The notes below the pieces were generated by a model. It was not told the origin of the DNA. It did not search any database and saw nothing but the letters and a program-made list of their open reading frames with translations. A stretch of DNA of 63,874 nucleotides, the filler included, from Klebsormidium nitens (lineage: Eukaryota; Plantae; Klebsormidiophyceae): NCBI GenBank assembly GCA_000708835.1. It is 5 parts of 5 records of this genome, joined end to end, with 100 filler letters (N's around TTAATTAATTAA, not from the genome) between each part and the next. Parts side by side here need not be neighbours in the genome. Positions count along the whole stretch, not along the records: positions 1 to 24,999 come from DF237845.1; 4 more parts are not named here. One strand, given 5' to 3'. Position numbers and translations under genes: made by a program. Positions 1 through 12,000 of this stretch are shown here, piece by piece (within the stretch, counting starts at the first letter, position 1; each line of letters starts with the position of its first letter).

Positions 1-240
1 GATCCACAATTCAATGAGGCAGCCTACTAGACGGTGACTCGGCAAATCTTTTGCACCGAGGCATTGTTCCAACGGACCAACTTGAACGGGCCTGCTTAAG
101 TCCTGTAATATTAGAGGATTGGAGGATGACGGTCGGCTTACAGTACTTAAAAAAAATATAAAAGTGAACTTCCAAATTTCTTACTTACACTGGCATACCC
201 GCTGCATTGGCAGTGTTTGGAACCCCTAACTTTTTAGATT

Positions 241-720
241 GACAGCCGGAGGGCCACCCGGGTCCTTCAATTGGTGGCCCAACGAGCCACCCGACCACAT
301 GACCATTGGTGGCCCAACCCCACTGCAAAATGAGGATTTTCGACTGCTTTCTTGAACGATCGACAATGAAAATAATAGAGCGCATATACTACGTTTGTCG
401 TAGTGCTACACTGGCACCTTTTTTGGACCCCGGGCTGAAGTTTGGTCGGGTGCAGTGGCAAAACAGCCCGGCTCGAAGGGGTTTTCACTCAAATACAGTG
501 CATTTTATGCCAATCTGACAGTCTTTTTCGGAGATATCGTGAGGATTTCAAGCTTGTACGCCCTTTGACTTCTAAAGTAGGCCAGTTCGGTGCATTGATT
601 GATGGCCCACCGGGCCACCTTGGCCCTCAGTATGGTGGCCCGTCGGGCCACCTCCACCCCCCCATTGGTGGCCCGTTTGGACCATTGATGGCCATTTTAG
701 CAGGGAGTGGGCCACCAGGG
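241..720. repeat. Two clusters of short GGTGGCCC/GGGCCACC motifs in both orientations, possibly subterminal repeats of a non-autonomous element
   Basis: Motif recurs several times at about 251-315 and 601-716; no credible ORF; no clear terminal inverted repeat or target-site duplication found. Confidence 0.4.
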
Positions 721-1070
721 GAAAGTTGAAACACTGCTCAACTGCTGCATACACTGCAGTACACTGCATACCTACATACATACATAAGGTAAAAATATAC
801 GTGGCTGTACGGCGTGAAGTGTGAGAAGTGGTGACGGTGCCAGTAGCGCCGAAGTGGTCACGTGTCGGACGTGCGCCGCGGCCCGCCCCTCAACCACCGC
901 GGCCGCTCCTCAACCACCAGTGATCGGGCTTCAGATGTTGACGTCACGCACTGCCGGACTCCAGAATGCATCATTCACTGATTGGCGTACCGACTCCCGC
1001 CGAGGCCCTCGGACTCCGGAGATGGAACCCAACAAAAATAATGGTATTAGCCATGAGATACCGTAACAGC

Positions 1071-2008
1071 ATAAGGTTACCCCACTGGGACGGGTAGGGT
1101 TAGTTTGGTGGTTAGGGTGGGTACGGAGGCAGGCTCGGGACTCGTCACTCGGGAGTGAAGCAGGCTGCAAAGACTTGACTGACGGCGTGCTAGGTACTAG
1201 GTATAAAGATATTTCAGCCCGTGACTCGGTCCGAGTCACCGGTGACCGAATCGGACCGAATTAATGACTACCCCACTGGCGGCCGTGGTTTCAGGTGTAC
1301 GGAATGTGGTCCACAGTGCACACTGCACATACCGGTATGCAGCATCCGAAAGTTGATCACAGTCGGCCGCCGTCAGATCGACGACGGACTACCTACTAGG
1401 AGTCTAGGACTAGTTTAGGAATAATAAGAGCTAGGTATAACATGGGTCGCCGTCTGTGTGACGGCGGACGCCAATGCCTCTTCCTTGATTATTTCTCCGA
1501 TCAACGGTTGACAATCTGATATTGCTTTCGATCGTCGAAAGCTCGTTTGAACGGTGTGGATTGTTTAGCCGTAACACCACCGACCAAGCAAGCACGAAAC
1601 TTCGTCGTCGAAGTCCGCGAACATGCACGAAGCTCGACACCGGGACTTGCACCATGCAGTGGTCGGACCAAAATGTTCGATCCGTAAGCTGCGAACTGCG
1701 CCGCGAGCGGGCTCAGTCGGACCAAATCTCGCCAAATTATTTTGACAAATTTATAGGCCGTACGCCGAGTTTTATCGTCGAAACGGGCCAAGCGAAGCAG
1801 GTCCGACGGCGGGCCCGCAGAGCGGCGCCGTAAGGCGGCAAAAATCCCGATTTGTATGGATGCCCTCTTCCCTTCAGGAAGAGGCAAGCCAATATAGCTT
1901 CAAATAACACTAAAGCCCTAACCAAACAATTCACGCGCTCTGGAGTCCGCACCCGTACCCACCCTAACCCCCAGACTAACCCCACCCGTCCCAGGCTGGT
2001 AAGCTTAT
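1071..2008. mobile_element. MITE-like/foldback element bounded by ~56-bp imperfect inverted repeats
   Basis: 1071-1126 (ATAAGGTTACCCCACTGGGACGGGTAGGGTTAGTTTGGTGGTTAGGGTGGGTACGG) matches the reverse complement of 1953-2008; a related solo arm lies at 17797-17862; no coding capacity; no TSD identified. Confidence 0.55.
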
Positions 2009-2825
2009 ACCTGCCGCTTATTATAAATAGGTAGTCTGAGTTGTCAGATCGATCTATCATCTAGGTATCTTTTACATCATGGACACGTCACTGCTGCTCG
2101 CGGCGCCGGTACGGACTCGGCAGTCGCTGGACTTAAATGTCCGTTTTCTTCTACCATCTTCCAGATTCCAGATTCCGAGTACTCGCTCTGCAGCGGCCTG
2201 CACACTGCACAGTGCACTCACTGCACTGGTGTCCTTCGCAAAAATGAAGGAAAGTGCACTTGCATATGTACTGGGTAGCTGGAATACCTACCTATGCCGA
2301 AGATACCAGCAGGACCTATTCGAGCCTTCGAGGATAATACGTGATACCTAAACTGTATGTGAAAGTTTCCATTGCTCTCTCTAGACAGGGTTTGGAAGCA
2401 AACATGGTTTCCGGGGTTGCTTAGAAGTATCCCGGTCTCGTTTGACGTTCTTCTAGCTTCTGCAACCTATAGTCTAGTATAGACCCTTCTCGCGAATACC
2501 ATGCAAAGGCTGCACTTGCTCGTCTAATCTTGCCGTGCAGCTAGACCATCTAGCTGGCAGTCCAAGAATCACAAGTCGTGCAGCTAGAACAGGTCTCGAT
2601 AGAGAGTATATTTAAAAGAGGAAAATCCGGGAATCTTGTAACTTCTTTCAACCATCTCTGATTGCAGTTTCTCAGCTCCGACTTCCTCTATTCCTCGTCC
2701 ACTAGCTGACATTCTCGGCCTCTATTAGTCTCCCATCAAGCGCATTCCTAGCCAAACACCAGCTGAACGTTCTCAGCTCGGACGTCGCAAAATCCAGCAG
2801 CTACAGCATTCGCAGATTTTCAGCA

Positions 2826-5800
2826 ATGGCGCAGTGCAGCACTCTCCAGGAGCTGTTCTCCGTGAAGGACAAGGTAGCGCTCGTGACCGGGGCTTCCTCG
2901 GGCATTGGCCTCGCGTTCGCCCGGTTTCTCGCGGGCCAGGGCGCCAAAGTTGTTCTGGCTGCTCGTCGAGCTGAAAAGTTGGAGGCGGCAGTGAAGGTGA
3001 GTCGCTCCAGACTAAGGGGCATCTCAAGGTCAAATTTGAACTCAACAATGCAATGAGTCGTCACAAACAAAGGGGCATTCTAGGGTCAGAGGCAAATGCA
3101 CAATGCAATGCTGAAAACAATTCTGATCTTGTGGAGAGTGTTAGCCCCCCTCATTGGTCTGAGGGGTTAAGGTGATTCCTCAAGCCATTCTGGAGGTCAC
3201 TATGATAGCCAATCGATTGTGTGACATGATATTTGGTGATGCATATGTTGCTGTGAGCCTTCAGATGGTAATGCAGCTAGGAATAGGGGACTGGGCAGCT
3301 GGTGGGTCCTCGAATTGGCAATGCAATAAGTGGCCATGAGGCAGCGGAGATAGGTTTTCTTGGTTTCTGGCTGAGAATTGCTTTTCAGTGCTGCAAGAGC
3401 ATCCTGTTTGACTTGTCCATAGGTGAATGTATGACCAAAGTTTCCTGCCATGTGCTTGCGGGGTACAATGCTTGAGGGCAGGCATACAACGGAGAGCACA
3501 GAGTATCTGAATGCCTTCTGAAGCATCCTACTCAAAAACGTTACAAACTGAGGTCTCTTTGCTCTATAGCCTTCTTTTGCTTACCATGATTCTTAATCTT
3601 GTGGTCAATTGTTTTTTACTGCCTGCTCTTAAAGATCTGAGTCGGGCCATCTGTTCACAAAGCATTTTCTTGCCATGTCACTTTTTGAAATGCAACATCA
3701 GGGAATTAACCCTGTTCATCATAAGATCGGCAGTTCAAACTTTGACAGGCCTCCACTCACTTCTTGACATGCTTCCATGTCCATGACAGTCCAAAACTTA
3801 GCAGACCTTTAGAGAGCTTATCATCTTTGCGTTATCTCATTGCAGGATATCAAAGCCACTGGGGGGGAGGCGTCTGCAATCAGCCTGGACGTCTCCAAAG
3901 GCAGGGACACTATTGCAGAGGCCGTTACCAATGCGGCGGCAGTCTACGGCCAAATTGATATCCTGGTAAGGATTGAGCCCCGATGAATGTCAGGCCCCGT
4001 GTTGGTCAAGAAAATGACGTTCCATTCTCCAACATGCGTATGTCGCGTCATGCTGAGGTCGCCGGAGTCAAAAGGTTTGTTAGAATTCAGCACATCTTGT
4101 CTTCCTTGCTCAAATGATTTTCTGCAGGCTATTCAATTGCAAAGCAAGAGGTCATTCCCAGCACCCTTGTCTCCACTCTTTCTTCTCTTTTTGGCAGTGG
4201 GTGATTGCGCTTCCTGACCGCTCCAACTTCCTCTTCTCCAGGTGAACAATGCGGGGGTCTTTACTGGCGGAAGCGTCTTGGACGACACCCAAGAGCAGTT
4301 TGACACCACCTACGGCGTCAACGTCAGCGGCATGTATTTCACCGCCCAAGCGGTGGCTAAGCAAATGATTGAGAAGGGGATCAAGGGACGCATCATCAAC
4401 ACGGCGTCGATTGTCGCAACCGTGATCCCCCCGGGCACCGCGCTCTACTCGTCGTCCAAGGCGGCGGTGGTTTCTCTGACCAAGTAAGCTGCTCTCATCG
4501 TTAGTGCAGAAAGTAAGGTGCTCTGACTGTCGATGCAGACAGGGACCAGTTCTTGCTTCATTGCCTGGTCAGTGTCTGGTTACTGTGTCTTTGTTAACCT
4601 CTTAAAGCCCCCCAGCACCGAGGTTTATTCGCCCACTAAGGTGGCTGTGGTGTCACTCAATCATTGAGCAAAAAGAATCCAGTTCCGGTTGAAGCCTGGT
4701 TGCTGGCTGGTTAGCGTGTCTGGTCGAGTCACTCGGTGCTTTGCTCAGTCTCTAGTCAGTCTTTCTCTGCTCATTGCTGCAAGGACGTCATGTCCCCATG
4801 GACTGGAAGTGGTCTTGACTGCATTTGGCTGTCAGAGGGTTGCCAAGAATCAGACTTAGTGGAATTCTACGGTATTGCATATGGAGCCACCTTGATTGGA
4901 GGTTTCAAGCATGGCGAAACTGCACGAAGCAGCTCATACACAAGCAGGTGTGCGTAAGCACTCCCTAGAGAAGAAGCACCGCAAGCAATGTGCTTTCCCT
5001 GGTAAGGCATGACCGAAGCTCTCAAGATTTAAGAAGCCTCTGGGCACACTCGAAAAGCAGAAGAGAAGCTGACCCTAAAAGCGTCGAGGCCCTCACTCTC
5101 TGAGCATCTAAACGTCCTCAGATTCCAAGACACCTCTGGGCACACTCAAAAAGGAGAAAGAGAAACTGACCCTCAAAGCCTCAAGAGTATCTAAAACCTA
5201 AAAATCTGAGCTAAAAACTAGTGTTAATTCCGCTCTACAGGGGCCTGGCGGCAGAGCTGGCCTCGAAGGGCATCAACGTGAACTCGATCTCGCCTGGCGT
5301 CTTCCCGAGCGAGATGTCCGACGGAATTGTGGAGAGCGCCGGCAGCAAGAAGGCGCAGCAGGCTGTACCCGACCAGAGGTGCGCATTGATTTTCGCCCTC
5401 ATTTCTAGTTGCAATATGGCTTGTCAGACCCGGCCGCTCAAGCAAGACACTCGAGAACGTTGATCGGTCGTTTGGTTGTCAAACCAGATTGAGTCGTCGA
5501 ATCGCTCGTGTTTTGCACCTGGGCAAAAGTTCGAGCGTAGTCGAGGCGGTTGGATTTAGGTGGCAAGTGAGAATGTGGGCAACCTAGAAGGGCTGATGGC
5601 TACATCTTTGCTCTATCTCGGCCCGTCTTTCCGTGTCCTCCCTCTAAAGTACCCACCATAAGCGGCCGCCCCGCTTTGCTGCGTAACGCCGTAGCGTCCC
5701 TTCAGTATTTTAGCGAGTACAACGGTCCCACCGCTTGTCCTGAGGCCAAGTCTTCTCTTCCTTGGTTCAAAACCACTTCTTGCAGCCACATGCTCCTCTT

Positions 5801-6175
5801 CTTTTGCTACTGTAAGCGTAGCATAGTACAACACAAGTCGGATGCAATATGACACTTTCAGAACAACGTCGGTATGCTCTTGCGCGGTCCAACTCTCGAC
5901 CTCACCGCACCCTTGACCCGCCCTTTCGTGCAACAGTGTTTCTTTCTTCGGCTTAGACAGAATCATCAACTTACCTCGTCCTTCGTCAAACTAGGTGGGG
6001 CGACACCGAGCACGACATGATGGGCGTGCTGCTGCTGCTGGCGTCGGAGAAAGCGTCCGCCCATCTAGTTGGTGTCAACATTAACGTGGACGGCGGACAC
6101 TCCCTCTACACGTTTAACTTGACCGACCCGACCTCCGTTTTCGAGGACAAGCTGACGGAGCAGAGCGACCACTAG
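2826..6175 (+). CDS. Classical short-chain dehydrogenase/reductase (SDR), copy 1; exons 2826-2996, 3846-3965, 4242-4483, 5241-5378, 5995-6175
   Basis: TGASSGIG cofactor motif, VNNAG, catalytic YSSSK, VNSISPG and NVDGG; all four introns are GT-AG and phase-compatible. Confidence 0.93.
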
Positions 6176-8713
6176 AGGCCCAGCGAGGGCGGTGGTCGCC
6201 ACAATCTGCAAAAACTGTGTATACCTTATTAGAGTTCATTAAGCTTACCGGGCGACCAGTAGTAAACGCAACGAGAGTGGTGGTCGCCGGACTTAGCAAT
6301 CGTTTGTCACAGTGTTGTACGATAATGACTTGTGGTTACTTAATGTTGCTTTGGGTTATCGTGCAATTTTGAGATTGGTAGTGTGGTAGTTCAAGGATAA
6401 GATAGAGCTACAGAACTACGATAAGCTGCCGCGATCGAGGGGCTCCAGCTGAGCTTCTTAAATGCTGAAGCATAGACACGACTGCTGAATGCGACACAAT
6501 GTTGTACAATTTATCTGATGTTATGTTACGAGCTGCGTGTTGTACTGGTTGTTCGAGTGTGTTTTGTCGGAAGCATTGCAGCGAAGGGATTGGTCAGCAT
6601 ATTGGCTTGCCTATTTACGAAGTAAATATGCGAACCTTTGGTTTGCTACCAGCCGCTCTTCGGGCGACGCTGTATGACGCCGCTCTGCGGAAGATAACGA
6701 TGCGGAGTCTAGCTTGTTTTGAGGTTGTCCCTGGTTCGATACGAAAACGTACGCAAAATCCCCCAAAAGATCCACACCTGGTCCGGGGCCAAGGACAGAC
6801 TGGGCCGCGCGCCTTCGTGATTTACTGCTACGCATCGAACGCGGACGCGAGTGGGCCGCCGCAAATCAACGTAACCATGTAACGTTCACCCTCGATTTCT
6901 CCAACCAGAGTTTTTGTAGAGCTGCCACGTGACATTCCGAGTTCTACGAACTCGTGCTAAGTTGCCACGTTGAAGTTGGTACCTCTGCCAAGCGCCTGAC
7001 ACTGCCTCGTAACCCGGTCATTGAGTGCAGAAAAAAGAAATTAGAATACCCTTGACTGCAATGGACTCCATCAGTATTGCACCCAAAGTTTGGTAAAGAT
7101 GCGTCAAAGTGCCCGGGAAGAGGGAAGCCTGGTGACCTGGTATGCGCTGCACATCGCTTACAGTACGCACCGTACGAGGCTGTACGGACCCTTGCGCTGA
7201 AAAAATCCCAGAACAATCTTCAGAAAATCACTGCATAGCTCTGTTACTCCGGTGGGAATTTACGAATATTTTCATGGAGGCTGTTGGGCGCCTGGATACT
7301 TGCCACACACCGCAGGCTTTCCTGCCACCTGCGGCACATAGTTCGGTAGGCGGATCTCGACTATAGGCATTCCTATCGTAGGCGTCCTAGGTACAATCCC
7401 GGGAGACCGGGACTGATCCGCAATAGCCAGCAAACGTACTTTGTAAAATCCGCCCGGTCGCCCCACAGAATAGGCAAGCCCCCACCGCCCTCCCGGGCGG
7501 TCTACCATGTTCTAAATACCATGGTCGATTATGGAATATGATGACGTTGCTTAAGATGGCTCCTGATAGGGACACTTATATATAAAGAAACTGGAATTGA
7601 CGGTTTGATCCATGAGCCTTCAGAATCATCAAACTTAATTGGCAATCATCAATGCGAATTTGCATCACATGAGCACTTGCAATGATGAGCTCCTTACTGG
7701 CCCGTTGGATACGTATCACTGAATATACTAAGCTTCTATTGTTCCCCGTCATGACCCCAATATAGTATCAAGTAGATACCTAGCTACCGGGAGTCCAGTT
7801 TGTCGTACCCACGCGTCAAGACTGTCTGGTCCCTTATATTTGTCATCAATTGACCTTTCAGAGGAAAGCCGGATCAACGTGAATGGACCGTGAATGTCAG
7901 ACTGCACGATAATCATATGCAGAGCTTCAGCTAACGTGATTGCTTCGGGTTCATCACATGCGAAAAGGATACGTATGCGCAGATACATATTGCAATGAAT
8001 GGTTCTGATTGCAGAACGTACGTGAAGATTCCACGATCCATGATGGATTTCTGGCATGCAGATCGGCTTGCATATAGTCACTAGCTGGATATCGATTACC
8101 GGTATACAACATTGAGAAATGTCACGAACCCGCATGCAAATCGCATCTAGCTGTCCAATGTACACGGCGGCATCAGTCGGATTAGAAGCTCTGGTGCCAT
8201 TGTCTGGTAATTGATTGGGCTGTAGATACTAATCAAGGCCGGTGACCTTACACATGCAAGGTGTTAGCAAACGTGATAATTGCAAGTGGGATCTCATATG
8301 GAGCCTTGTAAACGTTGATTGTTCTACAAAGGCGGTGCGTACGTCAGCTGGTCGGCGGCAACATACGTCATCAACATTGGCCGGACATTGGGTTTCCTAG
8401 CTACTTTCTTGAGTCGTACATCCCTGAGGGAGCCCTCAAGGACTTGCTAAGTGTCTGGTACGGCGGAGCCTGACCGAGCTTTGGTGACCGTAATCGACTA
8501 AATTGGGCTATGCGCTGCTGGAGCTGCAAAAGTAGCGTATAGGTAGTATACCACTGCGGCCCTCTCTCGCAACTAGTACCTGGCATGAACTATTCAATTT
8601 CTGCTGCTTATGCGCTAGTCTCTTTCAACGTAAACCAATGTTGATCGTATCATTACGAACGTCTCAATTGAAGCTTCGAAAAACAATCTTTGACCGGTAG
8701 CAGCCTCTACCTC
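3290..8713 (+). repeat. Left arm of a large inverted segmental duplication (SDR gene plus downstream DNA), with extra sequence at about 6200-6490 and 6605-8060
   Basis: Exons, introns and 3' flank match the reverse complement of 21046-24999, e.g. 8641-8713 vs 21046-21120 and 3295-3355 vs 24930-24990. Confidence 0.9.
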
Positions 8714-9081
8714 AAACACATGCGCCGCGGGTATAAAGGGCTAAGACTTAGCAAGATACCACCTCTGTATTTAAGGTCAAAAGCAAGTAAAGAGAAGGCC
8801 TGCGCTCAGGCATTCTAGGGGTGCAGTCAATGACTGCCAAAAAGCCGTAATATCTAAGGGCTCTTCTGAGGGTTCTTGATGACCAGAGTCGCCGCCTACA
8901 CGAGGGGAAATGGGATCAGCCAACAAATCGAAGAACAAATAAAAATGCAGACTGCAGAAACAGATTCACGGTTGATTGGAGCCGCAGGTCGCTTTGGACA
9001 CATCCAAAAGGGAACGTAGTCGCAAATTGCAACGAATTCACTGAGCAAGTTGATCAACCAGTCAGGATGAGTACACCGGTC

Positions 9082-12000
9082 TCAGGACCCGCAAGAGTAG
9101 CCGGGACAAGCTGAGAAAGATCTGCGCCCTTGGAGGAGACGCATCAGACCATCAAAATCACCACTCTTGAGTATCCAGCAGCGGAGGAGGAATTGGGCTT
9201 TGATTCTTTCTCTAGCTGGCGGGAGAATGAGAATGACCAACTTAAAAGCATGCTCGAGTACGACGAGCACGGCTTGAAGATAAGAGCAAGTCGAAAACAG
9301 GGACAAACTTACCTCTTCGCCGAGAAAGAGCGTGTCTCCGTCGCTTAACCTATACTCGTCTCCCGGTCGAAGCCGAAAGCTGGAACAAGCACGATAAGGA
9401 GACCCTTCAGCCAACGGCCGGAAAGGCACGCACAGCCGAACGCGCCACTTTACAAAACGAAGCGACTGACTAAGTGCAATGATAACAGCTTAAAGATAGC
9501 ACGACATTATAAGGACACGCGTTAACATCGATACCCCGTCCTAAGAAGTTTGGGTGTGCTATTTGCGACGTGAGGCTCTCTTGAAACAAACCGGGTCTGT
9601 CCCCGCTGACCTGTAAGAGCAGTGTTATCGAGGGAGCTCTGCTCAAAGAACAGAGAGAAGCAGATCTGTCTACTCATCCTGAAAGAACGGAGGGGTGCGC
9701 TTCTGCAGCTCCGCAACAAGCTTTGAGCAGTTGAGAAGGCCGACCGCAGTCGAGAAGTCGGGTCGAGGACCTGGCACGACTTCAAACCGGCCTTCGGAGC
9801 CCGAACGTCTTCAAATCTCAGCCGAAATTTTCCTAACTTTCAAGTACGATCTTATGCCGGCGTCACGTTGCGCTCGCCCATCAGGCCCATCGCCAGGTCC
9901 CCAAGAGCTGACCCTTTTTTAAACGGTTCGGCACAGCTCCCTATGAATCGCTTTACAACAGGTCGGCCCTGCGAGGAGGGCTAGCTCCCGGTCAACCGCA
10001 GCGTGATCGTAGATGCACAGTGTGCCGATTTTTCCAAAGACCAAGTAGACTTGACAAACTCACGTGCGGTTGAGCCTGACGCCGTTGGTGCTCTTAAGGT
10101 CCACCACAAAGTACTCTCGCACGTACTCGCCGTAAGAGAAGACCTCCTTGCCGAAGATCTTGGCATGCACTCTTGACACCTGCGCAACAACACGCTTTCT
10201 TAGAGGTGCTGAAAATAACCGCTCGGAGCATCTGGCAGCAGGAAAGAAGAATGAACGGTTCACTGAGTATGGCGTTTAAACGATGGAGAAGGTATTGTCG
10301 AACTTTCTTAAGATTGCGGAGAGTCGCTGAAGGCGCAGTCTCGTCGTCAAAGATTGAAGCAAGATAACATCGTCACCGTCACGCGGCCAAAAGCGGCAAT
10401 CTCCTGCTTTCTTCATCGTCACGAAACTTTCTTCACCCAGAAACATGCAGGAGGCAACCCTCACCGTTGGATAGTCCAATTGAACCGGAACCACCTTCTC
10501 CATCCTGCTGACGTCAGACCCGACGATGAGTGGCATCTTTCCGATGCTGATCGGTCCTTCCTTGCCGTCTTTTCGAACGACCGTCCAAACGGGTCCGTAT
10601 GGCGGCAGCCCGAGCGCGCGTTTGGTGGCTTCCCGCTCCTGAATCCACCTGAGAACGGGTGACGTCAGCAGCTGGCGTCAGGAACTGATAAGAGGGCCCT
10701 CTGTGTGGTTCCCGCTCTTGGATTACTGGGCAGGAGTGACGTCAGCAGCTGGCGTCGGGAGGTAATTAGGGGACACTCTGGGTCGCTCCCGCTCCTGGAC
10801 CAACCTGAGAGGGAGTGCCGTCAGCAGTTGGCATTTGCAGGTGGTGAGGGAACGCACCATATGGTGAATTGAGTCTGGTTTGGGCAATTCGTGCGAAGTC
10901 CGAACGATTCGCAAGCAAGAAAGACGTAGGCGTGCTTGACAGCTTCCTCTCTGCAACCCAACTTGCAATGACAGAAACCGAAGTGAAGACGTTGACAAAA
11001 GATGCTAAGCAGATTGTTTCTGAACCTCCTAAATAGATGACCAGATGAAACGAGTAGATGCGCCGAGAGGCCTTTCACCATGAAACGAAGCCCGTGGGAG
11101 CGCACAGAAAACGTCGACGACGGCACTTCGAGAAGGGGAGGTGAAGCTTCTGGCTTGCTTAAAACGATCTGCCAGGACTTTTGAGGTGTGAATCTCTAAG
11201 GATATGATATCGAACAACGGAAATGTGAACACGGCCAGAGAGCCCAAGATCCAAACGAAGCTCTTCCGCAAATCTGGGCCAAAAGCGGAGGGAGCAAATT
11301 CTGCAAACCAGGTGGATTCTCAATTTTGCGACTGAAAATTTTGCGGCACCTTTGTGAGACCCTGACATTCACATTTGGATCTGCTGAGTCCGCTGATTCT
11401 ACGCTACCCTTCCAGCTCATTCCTGTGTTTGGAAAAGTCAGGACAATTCCACACTTCGAGGCCTCCTGAATCCATCATCTCTTCGGCCCCTCTGCAGAAG
11501 TGCTTTTAAATCATCACTTAGTGGCACCGCCTTTGCTGACAGTGCAGAAGACTTTACGTGCATCGGCTCCGGTTTGATCGTGTTGAGGGCTTTGAGGCTT
11601 TGTTGCACCAAAAACAATGTGGATCTATGAAGACTGCACCAGGCTCAGCTAGAAGCGCGTCTTTTCGTCAGTCTTGACAACTTTTGGACCCACCATTTTC
11701 TCATCGCCGCCCGCCCCACGTCCATCGTCCTCTGCCGTTCGGCCTGCGCTTCGAGCACCTTTCTCCGCGCGGCGTCTCGTTCTTTTTGTACCTCGATACT
11801 CACCAGCTCGTCCAGTGGGACGGCCAGCGCCTGTGCCCTCGCCGCATCCTTAGTGATGATCGTCTTCGGTTTGGACGGGGCCGGAGGCTTTTCGGATGCC
11901 GGCCCCTGCAGTTCACGAGCGGAGTTGGGTGACTTCATTTGCACAATCGGATCACTTACGAGAAATCGGGCTTAGAGCCGGATGGATTCATCTGCCAGCG

